DNA of 64,000 nucleotides, taken from NCBI GenBank assembly GCA_024654535.1, contig JANLHL010000016.1:224626-288625 (forward strand). Direction: 5' to 3'. Position 1 is the stretch's first letter, and each line of letters starts with the position of its first letter. A model generated the notes under the pieces. The model was not told the origin of the DNA and did not search any database. It saw nothing but the letters and a program-made list of their open reading frames with translations. Of the stretch, positions 1 to 7,659 are shown one piece after another. The stretch comes from Candidatus Roizmanbacteria bacterium. Lineage in GTDB: Bacteria > Patescibacteriota > Microgenomatia > UBA1406. The translations under genes were made by a program, and so were the position numbers.

Positions 1-53
1 TGTTAAGGTAGTGCCTCGTTTCGTTACTATAAAAGTGATATAATTTTATTATA

Positions 54-897
54 ATGTGGTCGATATTTGCTATAGTATCAGGATTATTTTACACCCTTCA
101 AGGTCTTATTACTCGACATATACTCAAAGGAAATAAGAAAGATGCATGGGCTTTTTCTTTTTATTTTTCCGCAGTCGGGGTCTTCATTAGCTTGCCTTTC
201 TTTCTTACAAACATCAGAGTCGCTCACACTTGGCCCTATTGGATAATGATGTTAGTTGTTGGATTATTAGTCGTGTTACAAAACTTACTTAATTTTAAAT
301 CGGCAAATCATCTCCCTGCTTCAATCAGTGGAGCAATGACAAAATTCAGATTAGTGTGGGTTTTTATTTTAGGAGTAATTATTTTAAAAGAGGCGTTAAC
401 TTGGCAAAAGACTTTCGGAACAGCGTTAGCCGTATTGGCGGGAATTATCATATTAAATAAAGCTAAAAAAAATCGGATCTATCAAAGGATTACTATTGGT
501 TTTTTCGTCAACGATTTTTTATGCAATAGTTATTATTCTATACAAGTATCTTTTTCAAACCTTTAATTCTCAAAGTCTAACTTTCTTTATTTTTCTTTTT
601 CCAATGTTAATCAATCTTTTAGTCATGCCTAATTCTATTAACAGAATAGTCACTTTAGCGAAAACTGATGGAAAATTTGTTTTTATAGCATGTGCTTTAG
701 GTGGTTTTGCTAATTTAGCGATGAATTATGCTTTATCAATTGGTGAGGTTAGTCGAGTTCTTGTAATTATAGAGTCATTTTTGATAGTTACTTTAGTAGG
801 TGAACATTTGGTACTCAAAGAGAAGAAAAATTTGGCAATAAAATTAGTGGCGGTGATTTTAGCTATAATGGGCGCTGTTTTAATTAGAATAGGGTAG
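54..897 (+). pseudogene. DMT/EamA-family permease with one frame break (track ORFs 54..566 and 496..897)
   Basis: Two consecutive polytopic halves typical of the duplicated EamA fold. The frame switch falls in an A8 run (465-472). With A7 the translation reads ...IILNKAKKIGSIKGLLLVFSSTIFYAIV... straight into the second ORF. Confidence 0.6.
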
Positions 898-1078
898 CCG
901 CATAGCTACTAATAGTAGCATCTTGTACACAAGTTACAAACTCAGAGTAATCGTAGACAGGACAAAATAACAATCGAAGTGCTCATTTACTATTAGGCCA
1001 GAAATATTTGTAAAACGTAGCGAAGTACGTATCTCCACAACAGGGGTGAATTATACCGATCAATGTTATACTATCCCC

Positions 1079-2155
1079 ATGAACCTAAAAATCGGCATCG
1101 TGGGGTTGCCAAACGCAGGTAAATCTACCCTGTTTAATGCGCTCCTGAAGAAGAATACGGCTATGGCAGAAAATTACCCTTTCTGCACTATAGAGCCCAA
1201 TACTGGCATAGTAAATGTGCCCGATGCACGGCTCAGCGTGTTGGCAAAGATAGTGAATACTACCCGCATTGTCCCCGCAACAGTAGAATTTGTCGATATA
1301 GCAGGACTTGTAAAAGGCGCTCACAAAGGTGAGGGGCTTGGGAACAAGTTTCTGTCGCACATAAGAGAGGTTAGCGCTATTTGCTATGTACTGCGATTTT
1401 TCGAAGATGATAATGTAGTACACGTGGCCAATCGCATCGATCCCGCAGACGATCTTGCCATCCTCGAAGATGAGCTCATGTTGGCTGACTTAGCAACACT
1501 TGAAAAATACAAGGCACCAAAAGGGAAACCTTCGAAAGAAGATACAATTCGTGCTGAGGCGGTACAGAAGCTCAAAAACGCGCTCAAAAAAGCTATTCCT
1601 GCTCGCCGCGTTACCCTAACGGAGGAAGAAGCCGCTCAAGCCAAGCAGCTTATGCTCCTTACTTTAAAACCTACCCTGTGCGTGGCAAATATGTCTGAAG
1701 CACAGTTTGGCAATAAAGAAACGCTCCTGCGAGAACTTACCACAAAGACAAATGCCCAGCCCATAGCCCTGAACGCACGCTTAGAAGCTGAGCTTATAGA
1801 TGCGAGTACCGAGGAAAGAATAGAACTTTTGGCGTCGGTCGGTATAGAAAGCCCCGCACTGGAAAGCTTAAGCGCACAGGCGTACAAAACCCTCAATCTT
1901 ATGTCATTTCTTACCGCAGGCGAGCTTGAAGCACGCGCATGGACTATACTACAAGGAACGTTTGCCCCTCAGGCAGCGGGTGTCATTCATTCTGATTTTG
2001 AACAGAAATTTATAAAAGCAGATATCGTGCAGTACACAGATTTTGTAAAGGAAAATGGGTGGTTGGGAAGCCGTCAAAAAGGATTAGTACACAGTATGGG
2101 GAAAGACTATATTATGCATGAAGGAGATGTTGTAGAATTCAAGATAGGCGTGTAA
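1079..2155 (+). CDS. ychF: Ribosome-binding ATPase YchF (Obg-like family)
   Basis: MNLKIGIVGLPNAGKSTLFNAL P-loop and a conserved YchF C-terminus (GDVVEFKIGV). Start moved from GTG 1046 to ATG 1079, which lies 6 nt after TATACT (1067-1072). Confidence 0.9.
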   Translation: MNLKIGIVGLPNAGKSTLFNALLKKNTAMAENYPFCTIEPNTGIVNVPDARLSVLAKIVNTTRIVPATVEFVDIAGLVKGAHKGEGLGNKFLSHIREVSAICYVLRFFEDDNVVHVANRIDPADDLAILEDELMLADLATLEKYKAPKGKPSKEDTIRAEAVQKLKNALKKAIPARRVTLTEEEAAQAKQLMLLTLKPTLCVANMSEAQFGNKETLLRELTTKTNAQPIALNARLEAELIDASTEERIELLASVGIESPALESLSAQAYKTLNLMSFLTAGELEARAWTILQGTFAPQAAGVIHSDFEQKFIKADIVQYTDFVKENGWLGSRQKGLVHSMGKDYIMHEGDVVEFKIGV

Positions 2156-2168
2156 GATTAGATAAGAC

Positions 2169-3194
2169 ATGTCTTTTCATAAAGCCCCATCATCTCTAAA
2201 AAAACAGCACTTTTTGCTCATTGCACTGGTGTTCGTTTTGCTCGGTAGTATTATCATCGGTCTTCTTACCCTTAAGGAACGACTCAATGTTTCTCCGCGC
2301 GCAGAAGCAAACGGCATAGGTATAGCTTTCAACAACACTATCCCTGGTAGTGGTTCCATTTCCGATGGACAAACATGGAAGTGGACAACGGATGTTGCCT
2401 ATAATAATTCGTGTACAAATACTACTCCGATACCAACACAAAATGGGGGAGGAAGTGGTGGAAATAATTCTTGTACCACTGGATCTGTAACGGCCGATTA
2501 CGGCGTTTATTGGTGTTCGGGAAGCTCTGGCACAAAAGGGCAAGGTGTGCACCTTGTAGACAATAAATGGGCTTGTGATGGAAGCTCAAGCGACTTCAAA
2601 CAAAAAATTGTGGAAGAGCAAAAAACCATAAGTACTGTACCGGGTGCAACAATGACACTTGAACATTCTGGCGTTACTTGTGGTCGTGTACAAATAGATC
2701 TTGGTTCAACGCAACAGGGAGCCGGAGTATACGGTGGCGATACGTACGACACAGGCGTCAGCTGTGCAGAAACGCCAACAAATACTCCCGCACCGACAAA
2801 TACACCCGGTCCAGACGCTACCAATACACCAGTTCCCGATGCGACAAACACTCCTGTGCCTGAAGCTACGAACACACCCACGCCAGAAGAACCTACTGAG
2901 ACGCCAGAACCTACCAACACGCCAGTACCTACGGCAACGCCAACACGTATTCCCACCGCAACACCCACGCTCATTCCCACAGCTACTCTTACACCGATAC
3001 CACCAACCGCAACACCCGTACCACCCACACAAGGGCAGGGGAGTGAACCAGCAACACCAACTCAAACAGTTCTTGCGCAAGTAATTGCCACAAATACGCC
3101 AGGGATACCACGAACAGGGAATGTGCAAATAGGGGTAATAACAGGGGGAATAGTACTCTTGATAGCTGGAATTTTAGGAATGCTTATTTTGTAA
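2169..3194 (+). CDS. Secreted Cys-rich surface protein with Pro/Thr linker and C-terminal PGIPRTG + hydrophobic anchor
   Basis: N-terminal signal/anchor (LLIALVFVLLGSIIIGLL), a Cys/Gly/Asn-rich globular part, a TNTP-type repeat linker, and the tail TNTPGIPRTGNVQIGVITGGIVLLIAGILGMLIL. Confidence 0.7.
   Translation: MSFHKAPSSLKKQHFLLIALVFVLLGSIIIGLLTLKERLNVSPRAEANGIGIAFNNTIPGSGSISDGQTWKWTTDVAYNNSCTNTTPIPTQNGGGSGGNNSCTTGSVTADYGVYWCSGSSGTKGQGVHLVDNKWACDGSSSDFKQKIVEEQKTISTVPGATMTLEHSGVTCGRVQIDLGSTQQGAGVYGGDTYDTGVSCAETPTNTPAPTNTPGPDATNTPVPDATNTPVPEATNTPTPEEPTETPEPTNTPVPTATPTRIPTATPTLIPTATLTPIPPTATPVPPTQGQGSEPATPTQTVLAQVIATNTPGIPRTGNVQIGVITGGIVLLIAGILGMLIL
2769..3030 (+). repeat. In-frame degenerate tandem repeat encoding (T/A)NTP(x)P(x)(x) / TATPT Pro-Thr linker
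   Basis: Translation: PTNTPAPTNTPGPDATNTPVPDATNTPVPEATNTPTPEEPTETPEPTNTPVPTATPTRIPTATPTLIPTATLTPIPPTATPVPPT. It produces several shadow ORFs in other frames. Confidence 0.8.
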
Positions 3195-3229
3195 CCAATT
3201 CTTAGCCATCTGTTTTAAACGAATAAATA

Positions 3230-5224
3230 TTATCTTTGGACTAGAGGAAGAAAAATAAGATTATCCAAAGCAGAAAAGTTTAACCCGTATTCTGGTTGTA
3301 TATTCCCAAGAAAAGTATGACTCGAAATAACAACATGCGTTGCCCCGTCTGGTATTGCCTTACTTATTGTTTCACCTGGGTGAAGTATAAGACTACCTAT
3401 AGAATAGGTATTAATATTTAAGAAAGATACATTATACGAAACTTCCGTGCTTTGAGATTCTTGCATTGAGAATTTTATTGTATTCGTTCCTTCTGGGATC
3501 GTATAATAGTCCTTATCAGCCGTTTCACTTATTCTTCCACCATACTCTGTACCAGCGTCTAGCGGAGTTGCGTTAGCATCAATTATCGTATCATTGTTGT
3601 CTCCTGATGATATGAATTCATTTCCATACACGACGTTTCCATCGCCATCAACTACTTGGACAAATCCCTCAAAACCAGAATATACTCTGTCTAATTTAGG
3701 TTTAAAAATAAATTCAGATCGAGTAGCATCGTCAGGATTTAATACTTCTCGTGCTTTAACGATAACGTCTTTACCCTGATATAACCAAGCGGTATAGCTT
3801 TTATCACCTTTGTTCGGAAAGACTACTGGAATAACTAATTCATACGGTTTTCCATATAAGTATGTATGATGAATTGGATCTTGAGGATTCATCGTTACTG
3901 CTGGTTCAGATGCATCTATCCACCGCGAATCATAATCAAGTTCAAATTTACCCTCAGAACCTTCAAGCTCCAAAGTTGCTGTATACGTCCCGCTCGTATT
4001 CAGTGTCGGCAATGTCACCGTAACGGTTCCGGCACTCTCTGGTGAGACTATAATATGTTGACTCAGAGCATCCGCAGCGATATTTGGCGATGTATCTGCG
4101 CTAATAGCAACATCAAAACCATCTTGCGCAAAATTTTGTACACGGATAGGTAATTGTGCTAAACCATTTTCTACTAAAATATTGCCAGCTGTTACTATAT
4201 GAGCTGCATCATTGCTAACGGTATGTATTCTTGTGGTAGGAGCTATAGTACCGCCTATATTTATCGGGTGCTGGTCGAGCTGAGCCATGGGTATCTCATC
4301 GGATACACTTATAAAGTGTGGCAAAATATTCTGAAATGTTCCTCCTGTAGCGATAGCATTTGCAACAGATTCATTAAAGGTCAACTGTTCACCTTGTGTA
4401 TTAAACCCTGGAAGTGTTGGAGTGAAAATTTCTAATGTAAAAAGACCTTGTGGATTTGCAACGCCTTTTTCTTCCAATGCTCTAACAATTTCATAATAGA
4501 GTGTCGTTTCACCTTTATCGGTATAGGGTGTTTCTTCTTTTGGTCCGGGAACCATTATAGATCCTGATTGGCACGACTCTATAATCATTGTGATAAGTGG
4601 CTTATCTATTGAGCCGGCGTGTAAATTATGCCACGCTAGTAGACCGTCTGCTATAGCCTTTCCAAAGTCAGCTATTTGCATTTTACTTTCTGATGTCAAT
4701 GAAAATTGCCAATCTCCCGCTCCTTCTCCGTGGCCTATCGGATTTATTATGACATATCCTCCTGACTCTGCTATCAACTGTGTAATAAAGTCAGATGTTT
4801 TCCCAAAAGGGTCATCTCCAAATGGTTCTATACGTATGCCGTCTGTAGGAATTGATCCGACACCAATTTGGGTAACGTTTTGTGGTTGAAGCCCATCAGC
4901 AATAACTGCATCTGCGACCAATGCACCTAAGTGAGTAATCTGATTTTGATCTGGTCGACTACTTTGGCCTGTTGTAATTATAAGTTGAGGACTACCGGAT
5001 AGGGGAGTCTCTGGCCCAATTATCAATGAAGCGGTGCTCAGCGGGTTTGCTGTTTCGGGTGATGATCCGGCTTGTGCGACCACACCACTTCCTGTAACTA
5101 AACTATTTAACAGCAAAGCCTGCACTAGCAGTTTTGATAGTGTTCGTCGTATCTTGCCATCTTTTCTTCTATGCCCAGCATGTGCTGATTCAATAGGTTT
5201 TGAATAGAATTCTGTCGTTGTCAT
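3230..5224 (-). CDS. Secreted multidomain protein, putative clan CD (legumain/clostripain/caspase-fold) cysteine peptidase with C-terminal PPC-like domain
   Basis: N-terminal RR-containing signal-like region (HRRKDGKIRRTLSKLLVQALLLNSLV...AQA). His/Cys dyad context YVIINPIGHGEGAG ... PLITMIIESCQSGSIM resembles the legumain H-G / (E/D)xCxSGS blocks. The C-terminus has a DKDYYTI-type pre-peptidase C-terminal domain pattern. Confidence 0.45.
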   Translation of the reverse strand: MTTTEFYSKPIESAHAGHRRKDGKIRRTLSKLLVQALLLNSLVTGSGVVAQAGSSPETANPLSTASLIIGPETPLSGSPQLIITTGQSSRPDQNQITHLGALVADAVIADGLQPQNVTQIGVGSIPTDGIRIEPFGDDPFGKTSDFITQLIAESGGYVIINPIGHGEGAGDWQFSLTSESKMQIADFGKAIADGLLAWHNLHAGSIDKPLITMIIESCQSGSIMVPGPKEETPYTDKGETTLYYEIVRALEEKGVANPQGLFTLEIFTPTLPGFNTQGEQLTFNESVANAIATGGTFQNILPHFISVSDEIPMAQLDQHPINIGGTIAPTTRIHTVSNDAAHIVTAGNILVENGLAQLPIRVQNFAQDGFDVAISADTSPNIAADALSQHIIVSPESAGTVTVTLPTLNTSGTYTATLELEGSEGKFELDYDSRWIDASEPAVTMNPQDPIHHTYLYGKPYELVIPVVFPNKGDKSYTAWLYQGKDVIVKAREVLNPDDATRSEFIFKPKLDRVYSGFEGFVQVVDGDGNVVYGNEFISSGDNNDTIIDANATPLDAGTEYGGRISETADKDYYTIPEGTNTIKFSMQESQSTEVSYNVSFLNINTYSIGSLILHPGETISKAIPDGATHVVISSHTFLGNIQPEYGLNFSALDNLIFLPLVQR

Positions 5225-5244
5225 TTATTACATTAACTTACAGT

Positions 5245-5288
5245 AATTATACCGAAATCGTACAGTAAAGTCAATTACTATAGGATAT
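5245..5288 (-). promoter_or_regulatory. Sigma-70-type promoter of the peptidase gene plus shared upstream element
   Basis: Minus strand reads ATATCCTAATAGTAA-TTGACT-N17-TATAAT. The -35 is at 5268-5273 and the -10 at 5245-5250, followed by a 20-nt leader to ATG 5224. Confidence 0.6.
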
Positions 5289-5302
5289 ATAGTATCCACT
5301 AT

Positions 5303-5446
5303 ATGCGTATAAAAAAGTTGTTGATTACCACACAAGTAACCGCTACAAACACGCCAGGTATACCACGAACAGGAAATGTACAGACGGGAGTAATAAGAGG
5401 AATAGTACTGGTGATAGCAGGAATTTTGGGACTTTTAATATCATAG
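5303..5446 (+). pseudogene. Orphan 47-codon ORF consisting only of a PGIPRTG sorting-signal tail (paralogous to 3078..3194)
   Basis: MRIKKLLITTQVTATNTPGIPRTGNVQTGVIRGIVLVIAGILGLLIS*. Nucleotides 5333-5446 align to 3078-3194 at roughly 80% identity with one 3-nt gap. It is below the ORF-track length cutoff. Confidence 0.55.
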
Positions 5447-5600
5447 TAAACTTCAAAAATAATACGTTTGTTAGCTATAGAATATTGTGTCAGTCTGTTT
5501 AACCCTGGGGGTTGAACAGAAGGTTAGGCTATATTGTAAAATCGAGAAAAAAAGATTGAAAAAGAAGATTTATGAAGCACATAATACAAGAAGGCAACCC

Positions 5601-5674
5601 ATAAAAAGAGTTAAGGCCAAGGACAATACCGAGTCTAGGAAATATGTTTCAACCATTGTCCCCAACCTTAACTC
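5601..5674 (-). terminator. Rho-independent terminator of the 5681..6433 gene
   Basis: Interrupted stem GAGTTAAGG-ccaa-GGACAAT (5608-5627) pairs with ATTGTCC-ccaa-CCTTAACTC (5655-5674). On the minus strand it is followed by TTTTTAT (5601-5607). It starts 7 nt after the stop codon. Confidence 0.65.
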
Positions 5675-5680
5675 TTCTTC

Positions 5681-6433
5681 CTATCGAGCTACGCTCGGGA
5701 GAAAAATCATAAAGTCGCGTTCGACCATCAATCCCTTTGGATAGGCACGTTCGTGCCATCTGTCTGGAATGACAACAATATCATAGCTTTTGGTCTTCGC
5801 ATAGTTAAATTGCAAGGCAGATGCCGTTGTAGACTTCTCTTCAGACAGAATCGCCTGACTGCAGATCCCGACTTTCTCCCAATCTGGGTACCACTGCCAA
5901 GCCATCGTAGCCAGACGAGGTCCAATGACCTCTATTTTCGGATCTTCCACCCAAATGTAACTGGGCGGAGTACCTCCGACGTTCTCTGGGCAAAACAGAA
6001 CGTTAATACCTTGAGGAATCACCTGGACCAGGATGATTCCAGGAACCCATTCTCTCAGTACAAGCTGGTGATAAAAATTCATCCACTGACTAGTAGGCCC
6101 TTCCTCGGGAGAAGGCACGGCATCAATATCAAACTTTACATATTGTGTTAATCCCATAGGTATTCTGGCCGCCCACCCGCACAAAGTGCGGTCCCAGACC
6201 ATCTGGAACGTTGTCGGGCTAAGCCCGTCCATCAGTAATTCCGGTTCATAGGCGACAATTTCTCCTTGAGGTTGCCCATCACCATCATAGCTGAAAACAT
6301 AGTAATATCCACTTATCCTAAATCCATACCCTGCATCGCCGCAAAGCGGCTCCGCATAGGCGTTCTGGCTTGTGAACAGAAACTGACCGAGCATAACCAG
6401 AATGAGCAGAGAAACTGACAACTTCTTGGACAT
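5681..6433 (-). CDS. Secreted hypothetical protein (GC-richer cassette)
   Basis: Signal peptide MSKKLSVSLLILVMLGQFLFTSQNAYA/EP and a Trp/Pro-rich mature part with no motif I recognise. Hand-counted blocks are 43-53% G+C against about 30-40% nearby. An SD-like AAGGA lies 7 nt before the ATG. Confidence 0.6.
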   Translation of the reverse strand: MSKKLSVSLLILVMLGQFLFTSQNAYAEPLCGDAGYGFRISGYYYVFSYDGDGQPQGEIVAYEPELLMDGLSPTTFQMVWDRTLCGWAARIPMGLTQYVKFDIDAVPSPEEGPTSQWMNFYHQLVLREWVPGIILVQVIPQGINVLFCPENVGGTPPSYIWVEDPKIEVIGPRLATMAWQWYPDWEKVGICSQAILSEEKSTTASALQFNYAKTKSYDIVVIPDRWHERAYPKGLMVERDFMIFLPSVAR

Positions 6434-6535
6434 GGTTTTTCCTTTCTGTGATGTATGTCCTTGGCCTTTTAACGAACGATGTGTCTCTTTTCGCCAGCTA
6501 GCAGTTAGCGCTAGCCTTTAAATTGAGACATACTA

Positions 6536-6578
6536 ATTGTACATATTAAATACGTATATGTCAAGTACTATAGGATAT
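6536..6578 (-). promoter_or_regulatory. Sigma-70-type promoter of the 5681..6433 cassette plus shared upstream element
   Basis: Minus strand reads ATATCCTATAGTAC-TTGACA-N17-TACAAT. The -35 is at 6559-6564 and the -10 at 6536-6541, followed by a leader of about 100 nt containing a GCTAGC...GCTAGC hairpin. Confidence 0.6.
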
Positions 6579-6667
6579 GAGAGTTCGTGGAAAGTTAAAA
6601 AAGAAAAGTATAAATTACAGATTAAAGCTTTAAATTCTAGTCAAATATAAGCTCTGTTCTATCTTTT

Positions 6668-7600
6668 TTATTTTTGCTCTTTTAATTTTATACTCTCTAT
6701 GAGTTTTCTATTATAGGCTACAAGATCGGCTACAAAACCAAGTACCAGTACATTTAACCCAACACCAATTAAAATAGAGGAGATCACGAGCGATTGTATA
6801 TGACCCTCTGATTTTCCCAGTAAAAGCGCAAAGTACAAATACCTACCCAACAACACAAGACCTATGATCGTTATAAACCCACCGAGTTTCGTAAGAAGCG
6901 CAAATGCACGATACAAGAGTACACTTCGAATTATCGTCGCTGCCGATTTGCCTATATGCGAACCAACACCTTTTATGAGCTTTGAAGTGCCGTGTGGCCG
7001 TTTCTTAAACGTCACCGGTACATTTATTACTGTTAAGCCTTTAAAATGTGCATCTATGAGCGTCTCGTGTGTGTAGGTATGGAGCGAAACAACGTTCAGC
7101 ATGCTCGCACACTCGCGGCTGTGCGCGCGGAAACCCGAAGAGGCATCTTGTACCTTCATGCCGGTAAGCGCGCGTATCACAAAGCTTCCAGCTATATTGC
7201 CATACTTTTTGGCAAATGTCATATGTGCTAATTTCTCAACCTGCCTGTTACCAATAACTAAATCTGCTTTTCTCGCTAGAATAGGGGATATAAGACGCGG
7301 GATTTCTGCTTGGTCATACTGATTATCAGCATCGGTATTTACCAATATGTCTGCACCCAAAGAGAGCGCTTTCTCAAGTGCGTCACGAAACGTTACCGCT
7401 AAGCCTTTATTTACTGTGTGCGAAAATACATACTCTGCCCCAGCCCGTTTGGCCGCATTCGCTGTTCCATCGGTAGAACCGTCATCATAGACGAGTACTT
7501 CAACTTTGGAAATACCCGGTATTTTGCGCGGTATGCTCTTGACTACTTCAACAATAGATTTCTCTTCGTTATACGCAGGTATGGTAACAATAAGTTTCAT
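6668..7600 (-). CDS. Family 2 glycosyltransferase, polyprenol-phosphate sugar synthase type (Dpm1/GtrB-like) with C-terminal TM helices
   Basis: IPAYNEEKSI, VYDDGSTDGT and NTDADNQY (DxD) motifs, plus two C-terminal TM helices. Confidence 0.8.
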   Translation of the reverse strand: MKLIVTIPAYNEEKSIVEVVKSIPRKIPGISKVEVLVYDDGSTDGTANAAKRAGAEYVFSHTVNKGLAVTFRDALEKALSLGADILVNTDADNQYDQAEIPRLISPILARKADLVIGNRQVEKLAHMTFAKKYGNIAGSFVIRALTGMKVQDASSGFRAHSRECASMLNVVSLHTYTHETLIDAHFKGLTVINVPVTFKKRPHGTSKLIKGVGSHIGKSAATIIRSVLLYRAFALLTKLGGFITIIGLVLLGRYLYFALLLGKSEGHIQSLVISSILIGVGLNVLVLGFVADLVAYNRKLIESIKLKEQK

Positions 7601-7659
7601 AAGTATAGTGTAATTATAGCACGTAGCTAAATCTCGGTGCTATTTGCCAATGAGGGTAT

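Noticed and set aside
1085-1896. Minus-strand track ORFs inside ychF (1085..1423, 1384..1587, 1636..1896), and similar antisense or off-frame ORFs inside nearly every long gene in the track
   Set aside because: They lie fully within genes that have strong family signatures on the other strand or frame. Their translations are low-complexity with no motifs. They are typical shadow ORFs.
2177-3128. Cluster of overlapping ORFs in five frames over the Pro/Thr repeat (e.g. 2507..3028 -, 2701..3084 +, 2706..3128 -)
   Set aside because: They are artefacts of the stop-poor ACNCC repeat. Only the 2169..3194 frame has a signal peptide, a globular domain and a sorting tail.
5487-5744. 85-aa plus-strand ORF
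   Set aside because: It runs across two terminator-type hairpins and into the 3' end of the 5681..6433 gene. The sequence is basic and low-complexity, with no promoter or start context.
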